From positions 5,084,001-5,148,000 of the forward strand of contig JBHGNT010000006.1 of assembly GCA_043228905.1 (NCBI GenBank): a stretch of DNA of 64,000 nt, in the 5' to 3' direction. Numbering within the stretch: position 1 is the first letter of the stretch; every line of letters begins with the position of its first letter. The notes beneath the pieces are model-generated. The model was not told the DNA's origin. It saw nothing but the letters and a program-made list of their open reading frames with translations, and did no database searches. This document shows, one piece after another, positions 24,293-35,666 of this stretch. The translations under genes were made by a program, and so were the position numbers. This DNA is from Azolla caroliniana (lineage: Eukaryota > Plantae > Polypodiophyta).

Positions 24293-27200
24293 TCATTCCC
24301 CGCCAGTCGGTTCTTCCTCGGTTTCGGATCGTTCGTCGTCGCAGTTCAGGTCAACCGGATCCGGCTCGTCGTCGTGACGCTTCTTGAACGCTTTGATCCG
24401 CTTCCCAGCTACCGGTATCGCCATTCTCGTACCGTCGAGTTCCGCCAGATGGTACGTCCCGTTGTCGTTGGCGCTTTGTACCACGTAAGGCCCGAACCAC
24501 CTTCTTGCGAACTTCCGTGTCGCTCGGTGCTGGTTGTCGAGGCTGCTGTCATAGACTAGCATCCAGTCGCCTTCCTCGATCTTCTTCGGTCGGAGCCGGT
24601 GCGTTCGGTCGAACCGGGCTTTGTTCCTCGTCCTTGCCACCCGAAGCTTTTCCGCAGCCTGCTCCACGTCCTCCGGTCTTCGCTCGAGCTGTACTATGCG
24701 CGCCATCAACAGTTCCTCCCGGCTCATCTCGTCTCTCCAGTCCACGGTTGCCCATGAGGAGATCGTACGTTCCATCGGCATGATCGGCTTCTGCCCAAAC
24801 ATGAGCTCTGCCGGCATGAATCCGGTTACCGAACTGTGCGTAGTTCGGTCAGCCCACAACGCGTAAGGCAGCATCCGTGGCAAGTTCTCGACTTGCCCTC
24901 CGCATGGCCGAACTAATGCCTTGACGATCGGTCCGTGTCCGCGTTCCACCTTTCCATTCGCCTCCGGATTGTACGCAGTGGTAAGCGAGAGCTTGACTCC
25001 TAACCGGTCGAACAGCTCCTTGGCCTCTTCGACGTCCAACTCCCCACGATCAGCCACGATCTTCCCGACGCACCCGTATCGGCATATCACGTGCTCGATC
25101 AGGAATCGACATACGGCCGCGATCGTCTTGTTCTGAAGGGCCCGACCTTCCACCTGGTTCGTCAGATCTTCCCGAGCCAGGACTAGATACCGCATTTGTC
25201 CTACTCCTATCGGCATCGTCACCAGGTCTACCATCCATTTGAAGTGGATGGTCGGAGGGTACGTAGGGTGAAGCCCGTCCCGATGTTGGACTATGGAGTG
25301 CATCTGACAGCTCTCGCAAGTTGTCACGAACCGATGCATGTCCCGGTACAGTCCCGACCACCAGTACTTCCCCTTTATCTTCTCAAACGTGGCCCACGTT
25401 CCACGGTGTCCAGCCCAAGGGCTGTCGTGGTAGGCCGTCAGCAGCTCCTCCCGTTCTTCCTTCATCGCCACCACCCGGAGCGGGACGCCGTTCCTCTTCT
25501 TCGGGTGCTTCCATAAGTATCCGTCCTGGAGAAAAAATCGGTAAGCTTTCTTCTGGAACCGGTTGGCCTCGTCCTTCGTCCATGACGCATCCGGCGTCAT
25601 TGTCCTCAAGAATCCACCGATCTGGAGCCACTCGCCGTCGTACTTGCTCTCGTCGAAGTCGTTAAGTGCCGGAGTGCTCGTCCCATCGGTCGTCACATAC
25701 GCCGCCTCGAAGAAGTCCATGCCGACTTCTTCGTCCTCCGAAACCATGCCGCCCTCGTTATCAAACCTCGCCCTCGAAAACATGTCGGCCATGGCGTTGT
25801 CTTTCCCGGAAATGTGTCGTATTTCCGGGTCCAAGGACTTGATGTACGCTATCCACCTGAGCATTGCCAGGTCCGGTGTTGCGCATACGGAAACCATGCC
25901 GAGAATTGGCAGGCAATCCGTCTCGATAATCACTTCTGTCCCGATTAGGTAGTCTTTGTCGGCCTTTACTGCCGAAACGATACCCCAGAGTTCGCGTTTA
26001 ACCTGGGCGTACCCTCGTTGTCGCTCACTGAGGACCTTCGTGCCGAATCGGATCGGGAACCGTATGCCATCCTCGTCTTCTTGGTTGACGACCCATCCGA
26101 TCCCGGTCGGACTCGTATCCACCGTTATGTATACTGGGGTACCCTTCTCGTAGTCAGCCTTCCGGAGCGCCGGTGCTGCCGCAAGGGCTTCCTTCAGCTT
26201 CCGGACCGACTCCGTGTGCTCGTCTCGCCACTCGAATTTTCGCCCCTTCTTCAGCAACCCGTATAGCGGCTCCGCAACGTGGGCGTTATGCGGGATCCAT
26301 ATGTGGTAGAACGCGCATGCCCCCAGGAACCTCCGAACTTCCGTAACTGAGCTACAGTCGGTCTTCATCGCGGAGATGGCTTCTACCTTTGCCGGAGACG
26401 GCTTCCGGCCATATGGTCCGCATAGGTGTCCGACCACCAGGATTTCTGATTGCCCGAAGGCCGATTTCTCCCCGGAGAAGGTGAGCCTCACATCCTCTAG
26501 CCTTTGTAGCACCTTCTCGCAGTCGTTGATGTGTGTTGCCACGAATCGCCGGCATCCGTCCGGCCCGAGTGTCTCGTCCTTCTCTTCCACCGGGCACCCT
26601 TTGATCGGGATGTCGTCTAGAAATGGCATGGTGATGTCCGGGATGCAATCCCTCAGTACCTTGTTCATTGCATTCACCATGTGGGCCACCGAGTTGGTCC
26701 CTCATTGTGGCAGGGTACACATTCGCACTAGGCCGAGGGGAGTTTGCATCGTCGTAATGTCTCTGCTCTCCACGGCTAGCTGGAACTGGTCGTACCCCGA
26801 GTACAGATCACCGACCGAATAAATCGACCTTCCGGCGAAGGCCTCCGCGAACTCGTCTATGGACGGTCCGATTCCTGCGTTTCGAATGGTCACTCTGTTG
26901 ACCGGCTGCAGGTCTTGAATGAAGCGCAATGTTCCGTTTTTCTTTGGTACGGTAAACCATCGGTTCGAGTATGGGGCACTCGACGGCTCGAGAATGCCCA
27001 TATCGACTTTCTGCCTCAATAGCTCCATCAACTTCGGGATGTGAGCTCTCGGTACTAGAATCGGCTTGAGATTCCACGACACATGCGGTACCGTGAATAT
27101 CACCATCGGCTCCACGATTGTCGGGTCTACGCACCCGATCTCTTCCGGTGAGAATGCGAAGGCTTTCGCGTGCCTTCCGAGCATTCTCCGAAACCAGTCT

Positions 27201-27790
27201 TCCTCCGCCGGTAGTAGGAACCCGCCCCCACCGATTTCGAGCTCCCGGAGCGTCCCGTCGGTGAAGGTGTGTCCTATGCAGGCCGGATCTCGTAAATTGG
27301 GGTCCGACGCAACCCCTCTGATCCGGGACTCGCTGCCCTCCAGTAAGGGTGCCGTGACTGGCCTTACCTTCCGGTCCACAGTCTTGTACTTCGTGCAAAC
27401 CCGGGCCATCCGATCCGACCCGAGCCCCTGACTGAAGTTCGCGATGACTTCGTACATCTCTTCGGAACATACCGGTATCGTCCGGTCTTCGTTAAGGTCT
27501 TCTCCGGCTACCTCCCTCAGCATTCCCAAGGTGTCGTCGAAGGAGACCGCCTCCACGGCTCCGCTGATTTCCTCGTCCGGGCCGAGAACTCCGCACGCTC
27601 GAAGTCGCACTTCCGCCCTTGTCTTTTCTCGGCCAGCGATGCCGACTATCATACACCCTCCGTTGTTGGAGAAGCAAAATTTCCTACCTATCGTACAGGG
27701 TTCCTTCGGTTTCGGTTCTATCGTACAGTCGTGGGGTCTTTCCCGAGTGTCCGGGTTGTCTCGGCCCCACGCCTTGGCAGCCCTCTCTAA
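24293..27790 (-). pseudogene. pol (RT-RH-IN) of the Trp-primed gypsy, one in-frame stop at 26702
   Basis: YKTVDRKVRPV, LRFIQDLQPVN, LPQ*TNSV, PFLDD, DTSPTG, ETDCLP, H..PWAGH...C..C, ADRG, YNPEANGKVERGH and WFGPY. Confidence 0.93.
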
Positions 27791-29910
27791 AAATCCTCCC
27801 GGTTCTCGCCACCGAGGGATTCGCGGTTTCGCTCGTGGTTCGGCCGCACCGTGAGAATTGGACCGAATGGCGCCCGTCCTGGCTTTTGACCCTCGCGTAG
27901 GCCGAACCGTTGTCTAGCACCTTGGTCTCCATCCGCGCCGCCGTGATGTATGGTTCACCTAATATGACCGGGTGCGAGGACGTCTCCTGTACGAAGAAGT
28001 GCTGGTCAATCTCGACGTCGCTGATCTTGACTCGCACGTTCAGGCAGGCCCCGTGCAGTTCCTCGGTGGCGCGCATCGCCGCCCGTATCTTCCACCCGTG
28101 CTTGGTGTTGATCGGCCATTCCCTTCTTATAGAAGTCCATGGACATCAGGTTTATTTCCGAACCGTGGTCCACCAAAACCACCACCGGTTCCTGAACATC
28201 TCCGATCTTTACCGGGGTCTCCGTGGTCGCTCGGGCCCAGTGTGGCCTTGAATAGTGGCTCTCCGCCCACTCATTTTCCAGCGCCAAGTCGTCGATGTGC
28301 GTCGTCCGCACCTCCACCGGTCTTTCCGGTTCCGTCTCCGTCGACAGCCTTCTCCGTTTCATCAGGTCCACAATGGAGTCGTGGAACTCCTTCTTGGCGA
28401 TCCCTAGCACCTCTCGCAATGACAGCTCCACTTTGCTGTCGAGGATTCGTTCTTCTAGGACCTTTCGTAGGTCCGTAGTCCTTTCTATTTCCATCCCCAG
28501 TCGGTATCCGCCCTTCCTGGGGTTATCTTGCGGGCTGGACCCACCGGCATCGTTCCGTCGTTGCCCGAATCGGGTCTCGTACCGTTGTGAGGGTCCGGCC
28601 GCTCCGGCTTTCCCCACCCGTTTGTCTTCAACCAGAGCCTCGTAGTTCCGGCAGGCGGCTTCTACAAAGCCCGTCTTCTCCTCGACCGGATCGCTCCACT
28701 CGGTTATTTCCCGGACCCGTTTCTCAGCACGGTCCGTTTCATCTTTCCTTAGCCGTGCGCCGGCAAGACCTTCCAGCATTGCCGACCAGAATCCGTCTTT
28801 GCCCTCCTTTCAGGCCTCGCTGCCCCCGACCCGAATGCTGGCCGACGCCGAGTAGTGGATGGCCTCCACGTGTCGGGCCGCTGCCTCTTCCATCAATCCC
28901 TTCATTCCTCCTCGCCCGTCGTTTCGGTTCAGGGCCCTCCTAGTGTCGCCGGCGTGCACCCGGCCTTCCCATAGGTACACCACCCGGTTCCTCAACGCCT
29001 CTGTGAAATCGCCGCAGTCCTTCCGAATGTGGCCGACCTCGTCACACCACATGCACCTGTTCCCCGCTGCCGGCCGTCGGTCACGAGCTGGTTCACCGCC
29101 TTCCCTTCGAGTCTGGGCGATCCGGAGATCCTTTATCGCCTGCGTCAACTCCTCCAGCGCTGCTCCTCCGGACGAGCCACTGACCATGCCATTCGAAGCC
29201 GGACCGGTTTCGAGCCATTCCCGGGTTTCTTCCCTTCGCCCTTGCGGTGCCGGTTCAAGCCTCCTTGATGTGACAGAGCCTGCACCAGCCGCTCTGTTGT
29301 CAGCCCATTCTTGCCGTTTGTCGAAACGGCCACAGACTCTCTTAACCGCAGCCCAGTTGGTCGTCAGCCCGTCTTCGGTTTCCAGCAAGGAGCCGACTTG
29401 ATCCTGGTCCCGCTCGTCCACCGACTTGACGAACAGTAGGACCCGGCTCGTATCCAGAACGGTTCGGTCAAGCGCCAAAAGGCGTGCAAAACGTTCTTCG
29501 AACTCCCGGAGGAGTGCCGACGCGTTTCTTCCCTTGCCGGGGGACTCCACCCATTCCATGAAGTCCCGTTTCGAAAGCCGGAGCGCGTCGTCCAGCCCGT
29601 ATTTTTCCAGGAGTCGGCCTTCGAACTCCTCCCAGGTACGGCTCTCCGCCCGCACCTCGAGCACCTCCGCATGGATGCTCGGCGTCGCCACTCGAGGAAA
29701 CCCGGCAAGACGCCTCTCTTCCGGAATGTCCCGCATTAGCATTTCTGCCCCGTAGGACGCCAAATACTTCGTGGCATCCTTTTCGCTGAACCGGCCAATC
29801 GTACCGACGACAGCCTCAATGGCTCTGTCGAGGGCGCTGGTGCCCTCGCGTGCACTCAATATCCGATCCACGGCCGAAGCCATGGCCTCTGCAAGATCCG
29901 ACCCTTTCAT
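27787..29910 (-). pseudogene. gag-protease of the Trp-primed gypsy, with a stop at 28810 and two small indels
   Basis: ATG about 40 nt after the LTR, zinc knuckle CMWCDEVGHIRKDC, protease LVDHGSEIN and ILGEPY. The reconstructed frame ends ...NREDF*. Confidence 0.85.
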
Positions 29911-29932
29911 CTTCTGCTCTTCTGCCGCCTCT

Positions 29933-29950
29933 TTCACGTCGGGTTCACCA
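29933..29950 (-). promoter_or_regulatory. Primer-binding site complementary to the tRNA-Trp 3' end
   Basis: TGGTGAACCCGACGTGAA lies 3 nt from the LTR. It complements ...TTCACGTCGGGTTCA-CCA, the plant tRNA-Trp(CCA) 3' end as I recall it. Confidence 0.85.
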
Positions 29951-32699
29951 AGATGTCGAGGTATTCCTCGCGGATGCATGGAATGAGGTGGGACCTCGGG
30001 GGTCCTGTACCGAAGAGCAAGAGAGGAAGGAGAAGAGACCCACTACGTGCGAGCGTAGATTCACAGGGACACGGCCCTTCGACGCAAAGACGCAAGTGGG
30101 ACAGCGACACAGAAAGACACGAATGTATGTATGTATTAACAAAGACGAACAACAAGAACACGAAGACAACAAAACACGAAGTCGGTTACAACCGAACAGG
30201 CCAGCGAACAGATGCCGATGCCTGTTCGTAAACGCACAGAAAGAGAAGAGTAGGTTGGAGGTGCTGCCGAAAGCACTTGGGCATTCCTCAGAGCAGCGCG
30301 AGCCTCCCGAAACCTGCACATAAAGCAACCACGGAGTTTGCGAGCCAGAGAGAGAGAGGGAAGCCTTCGCCCACAAACCGACAGCACTTCGTCCTCGACT
30401 CTCCGCGATCCTTCGCCCCTCCTCGTCTCCCTCCTTTTATAGGCAAGGAAGGAGCCGTTTCCCATTTACTCCCTACCTACCGAGGATCTTCTATGTACAA
30501 CGTTCAAGAAGAGCCGGTTCCTACGCTCCGGCGCGCCGATTCCGCTTGTGGACGGTTTTCTTCACGACAACGTGAAGACGGCATTCCTTCACGGCGACCT
30601 CGAAGAGGAGATCTACATGCAGCAACTGGAAGGATTCGTGGAGAAAGGGAAGGAGCACCTCGTATGCCGGTTGAAGAAGAGCCTGTACGGACTGAAGCAG
30701 GCTCCCCGACAATGGTACCAGAAGTTCGACTCCTTCATGACCGATCAAGGGTACCACAAGACGCAGGCCGATCACTGCGTGTTTGTGAAGAAGTTCGAAG
30801 GAGGCGACTTCCTAATACTCCTTCTGTACGTGGATGACATGTTGATCGTCGAACGGGACCAAGTCAAAATACGGATGCTGAAGAAGGCTCTCAACCGGAC
30901 CTTCTCAATGAAAGACTTGGGTCCGGCAAGACAGATGCTGGGGATGCACATCATTTGGGACCGGTCAAAGAAGCAATTATGGTTGTCATAGGAGAAGTAC
31001 GTGACAAAGGTGCTTCACCGGTTCAACATGTCAGAAGCGAAACCGGTCGGATCGACACTTCCGGCAAACTACAGGCTATCCGGTAAGCAAAGCCCTAAGA
31101 CGAAAGCAGAAAAGGCGGATATGATGAAGATTCCATATGCCTCTGCCGTCGGGAGCTTGATGTACGCAATGGTTTGTACCCGACCGGACATAGGATACGC
31201 AGTCGGAGTGGTGAGCCGATTTATGAGCAATCCCGGCAAGGAGCACTGGAACGCGGTCAAATGGATACTCCGGTATTTGAAGGGCTCTTCAAATATGTGT
31301 CTCCGATTCGGCTCCGGAAAACCTCAACTGGACGGTTTCACCGATTCGGACATGTCGGCTGATGTGGATACCAGCCAGTCTACATTCGGGTATGTAATGA
31401 CATATGCAGGGGGAGCTGTTTCGTGGCAGTCGAGGCTGCAGAAGACGGTTGCACTGTCAACCACGGAGGCAGAGTACATGGCAGCTGTGGAAGCCGGCAA
31501 GGAATTATTATGGATGAGGTACTTCATCGGAGAGCTCGGTATCCGACAAGAGGAATACCGACTCTAAGAATGCGGCTTACCATTCTCGGACGAAGCATAT
31601 CCAGCGAAGATATCACTGGATCCGGGAAAGAGTAGATGACCAGGAGTTCGCTCTGACGAAGATCCACACGACCGAGAACGGGTCAGATATGCTGACCAAA
31701 GTTCTGATACCCGACAAGCTGGATGCATGCCGGAAGCGGATCAGATTGATCAGACACCCCATGCCGGAGTGAAGGGGGAGTTTGTTGGGAGACAGGTCCC
31801 TCCGGATGGGAAGGGAGAAGAACAGTGCTGATGGACAAACTCGGACGAGGCCGAAACCGTATGAGGAGGACCCGGCTACGGAGAGCCAGATGGTGCAGGC
31901 CCGGTATGAACCAGATGAGGAGTACTCGGCTACGGAGAGCCGGATGGTGCAGGCCTGGTATGAACCGGATGAGGAGTACCCGGCTACGGAGAGCCGGATG
32001 GTGCAGACCCGGTATGAACCGGATGAGTACCCGGCTACGGTGAGCCGGATGATACAGACCCGGTGAAGACCGGATGAGGAATACCCGGCTACGGAGAGCC
32101 GGATGGTACAGACCTGGTGAGAACCGGATGAAGAGACATATTCGTAAATATGTTTCTGAGAGCCCATCGAGGCTATATTTGTAAATAGCCGAAAAGTCAT
32201 ATTAGTATAAATATGACTTAGGGCAAACTTTTAGTTGTAGTTGTAGTTGTTGTCATTTTTCTTGTTCGTGAGTCCGAGGTCGTTGCCTCCGTGAACTCAC
32301 TGTTTTGTACATTCTTACATAGTGACAGTTTGCAGCCTGTGGGCTGCCGTGGTTTTTTCCCCTAGTTTGGGGTTTTCCACGTAAACCTCCTGTGTATTTT
32401 TTTTTGTGTCGCGTCTTATTTCCCGTTTTCTGTGTATCATTCTAAGCTTAGTTGTGGCCGAGCGTTGCGCATAAGGAACGACTAGTTCCCGTCAGATGGA
32501 TGTAAGATAATATGGATGTATATTGTTCCCATCATTTTGGGAAATGATGTCAGCTAACTTAGTTGCTAACTTTACTTTTGTTGCTATAGTTGTTGGTAGT
32601 ATAGGATACATTCTGTGATCATTTGTAGTTTGGGAGGAGTAAAGCATAATAATCTTGGAGATATGGTATACAAATATGTTTGTCTTGTATATACACATC

Positions 32700-33450
32700 A
32701 AATCGGCCATGGTGTGGGTCTAAGGGAATCAGATGTTATCTTCGTTTCTCCAACACAACTTTTGTACCTCTTTCTTGTGATTTTATAATACCAAGGCGTA
32801 TCTTAAAAAAAGAAGATCTACACATATCTATTGTACATGTGTTTCAAGCTCAAAAAATATGGGGAAAATGATAAGGTGAACCATGACATCACACACACAT
32901 CTTGCTCCATTGACATTTGAAGACACTCAAGCAAAAATGACTCATTATACATCACATACATTCTATCCAATCTACTCCAAGGTTTGCTTGTATTGCGAAG
33001 ATTGAAAAGTAAATCCAATCTCATCTAGATGCAACTAATTCCATACGTACATACATCCATATTCAAAACTTCTTAAGCTTAATAGAAACCATTAACCAGA
33101 ATTATGAAGTAGATTGCAAGGCATCAACATACATGTCAAGATCCCCAATCAACAAACCTTGATGACCCACTAATAGAATATTACACAAGGACGACCCCAT
33201 GCTTTAATGTGTTGACTAGAGTAGTTGGGTGCATAAATTCCAACAAACCATATCACCACATCAAATCTTTGATTTCTAGTACCAAAAAACATCCATATGG
33301 ATCATTGTACTATACATGCGCAAAACTTATCTTGAATCATTATTACAACATTGAAATGATGATGAGATGGTTCACTAACATAAAATGTTGCAAAATCATG
33401 CAATTGTTTTCTCAACTGCACATAGTGTACCCCTTACTAAATATAGTTTG
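32700..33450 (-). mobile_element. Highly decayed LINE endonuclease remnant
   Basis: WSRLDRMYV (EN SRLDR motif) at 32818-33024, plus a GD-like motif near 33140. Boundaries are approximate. Confidence 0.45.
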
Positions 33451-34049
33451 TCCTAAAACGTATTTCTTATGAGGAGAACAAGGCCGTCTCATAGGTACCA
33501 ATTTCATATAATTAACCTAGTTTTGATCCTTGCTCCTTACGAGAAATTGTATTTATAAATGTACTACATACTTGCTTTCTCAAGTCTGATCTGCATAAAG
33601 ATTTGCGTGTACTACATCCACTAAACTCTAATTAAACGTTGTTGACTATCCCCCTTCAATGTGAAGCCCTTGATTATTTAGAGGATGCATGATTCTCCTG
33701 AAAAAACATCAAATTGTAGATGAGTGGAAAATATTTTGATTTCACATCTATTTTTGCCATGGAGTTTTCTTCAATTCTTCGATTCTTAAAAAATCTTGCA
33801 CACACCTAAGCTCATTATTATTATTCATATCTTTCATCTTAGACAGTCCCTTCCCTTTATTCTTACATTGCAATTGCTATCATTTATTACTTGTTCCTAC
33901 ATGTGTAGGTATTCCAATGTATTGTTTTTTGTCTACACCACCTAATCCATGCCTATGACCTTGATCATCCTTATCCACCCCACTAGAAGTCATCAAATAC
34001 TAGTAAAGAAATATTTCTTGATCCACAAAACTAAGGAAGTTTACCAATG

Positions 34050-34388
34050 TTTGTTTGGAGACTCTTTATTGGGGTTGTCCTTTAGGTTCAACCCTTAAGA
34101 GGAGAGCTTTGACATCATGTACATGGTGCTTTCTTATTGTTCAAATTGGAAGACTATATATATCAACTCATGTGATGCCCTATTGCACATGCTGTTTGAA
34201 AATATCTATCGAAATTATCACAAGTTTTGTCTTCTTGTTATCTTATGCCTATGTAATGGGACTTTAGTCAATATGCGCATCATCAAGCAAAGGATGAGAT
34301 GGAAATCATATTCCAAACATTACGGTATCGAGCATTGCTGCTTAATTGGAATATCTGCAATACTTTCATGTTGATGGAAGACTTGGAA
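34050..34388 (+). mobile_element. Probable LINE ORF2 3' remnant left of chromovirus A, continuing at 51551-51990
   Basis: The TGGAA TSD joins this segment to the right-hand part, which encodes LINE C-terminal motifs. The left boundary is approximate. Confidence 0.45.
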
Positions 34389-34546
34389 TGTCATGAACAC
34401 ATGACCATTATGGCGTCACCCGGACTTGAACCTCGAACCTTGTAATTCATACTTGAAAACCTCAACCATTAAGATAGCTTATTGTTATATGAAACAATAA
34501 AAGCTACTTCTTGTATTACATTGATTATTGTAAAAACTCTAGATTA

Positions 34547-34610
34547 TTCTAGAATGTTCTAGAATGTCCTAGAGCATTCTAGGTCTAGAACATTCTAGAA
34601 CATTCTAGAA
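34547..34610 (+). promoter_or_regulatory. Heat-shock element cluster upstream of the LTR TATA box, also present in the 3' LTR
   Basis: TTCtaGAAtgTTCtaGAA and GAAcaTTCtaGAAcaTTCtaGAA are perfect alternating nGAAn arrays. TATAAATA follows at 34636. Confidence 0.75.
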
Positions 34611-35666
34611 ATCTCTAAGCTATTCTATAGGAACCTATAAATAAGCGCATACATGTATTCTCAAATCAATTCGAATCAACACCAGTCTTTAGCTCTCATT
34701 ACATATCTTGTATCCATTCTCTTTCTTTCTCTATCTTATACATCCATTCTTCTCTATCCTTCTTCCATCACTCTATCTTTTATCCTTGGTTCTGACAGTT
34801 TGATTCGAATTCTCTCTCTCTCTCTCTCTCTTATCCTCCTTTGTAACCATCCTGAAACCATGGCTGCCATTAACTCAGAAGAATATCTCACCCTTGTTGC
34901 AGAAATGGAGAACCTTAAATCCAAGTTCGCATCTCTTGAAGTAGAGAATCAACGTCTACTTGGGGATCTACAAAAGGTTACTATAGAGAAGCAACAACAA
35001 CAAGAGGAGTTCACGCGGCGAGTGCAACAGTTAGAGTCGACAATCGTCGTGTTACAACAACAAAGGGTTGAAGGTCAGGGACTTATCAAGGAGCCCAAAA
35101 TTAGCCTCCCAGCTAAATTTGATGGGTCGAGGGCGCATTTCTGAGGTTTTTTGAATCAAGTACGGTTGGTGATTCAAATGCATCCCGCACGTTATCCAAC
35201 AGATGCATCACGAGTCGGGCTAGTGGGCACTTTATTGACTGGCATAGCGTTGTCGTGGTTTGCTCCATTGCTAGAGACCAATTCTCCTCTACTAAATAAT
35301 TTCGAGGAATTTATCAAGGAATTTAAGGCTTGTTTTGGAGATATTGATGGGGCGAGAACAACTATCAACAAGATTCGTACACTTCGTCAAGGTGATCAAC
35401 CACTTCAACATATGCTGCCAATTTCCGTCTCATCGCAAGCGATATTCCTTGGGATGAACAAGCCCTAATGGAGCAATTCCGTTCAGGCCTTCGTAGTGAT
35501 GTCAAAGACTTACTTCTTACCTTCCCCGAGGATCCAAGGTCACTTACAGAAGCTATTAGTCGAGCAATACGGTGTGATAATCGCCTTTTGAGCGTCGATG
35601 TGAGCAACAACAACAAATAACAAGATCTAGATTCACACCAACTTATACATCAGTAACGGCGCAATC

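Larger units (their letters stand above)
23651..30569 (-). mobile_element. Ty3/gypsy non-chromovirus element (Phygy-like/fungal-like), tRNA-Trp primed, 4-bp TSD ACGT
   Basis: LTRs at 23651-~24241 and 29954-30569. ACGT is duplicated at 23647-23650 and 30570-30573, and removing the element restores Copia CTG GAC GTG AAG. Domain order is gag-PR-RT-RH-IN with no chromodomain. The lineage name is tentative. Confidence 0.95.
20009..32494 (+). mobile_element. Ty1/copia LTR retrotransposon (Copia-2), split by a nested gypsy element
   Basis: LTRs at 20009-20806 and 31783-32494. PBS TGGTATTAGAGC at 20809-20820. PPT GAAGGGGGAG at 31771-31780. Coding sequence at 20836-23650 and 30574-31772 has stops and frameshifts. 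Flanks GAGTT and GATGG do not match. Confidence 0.96.
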
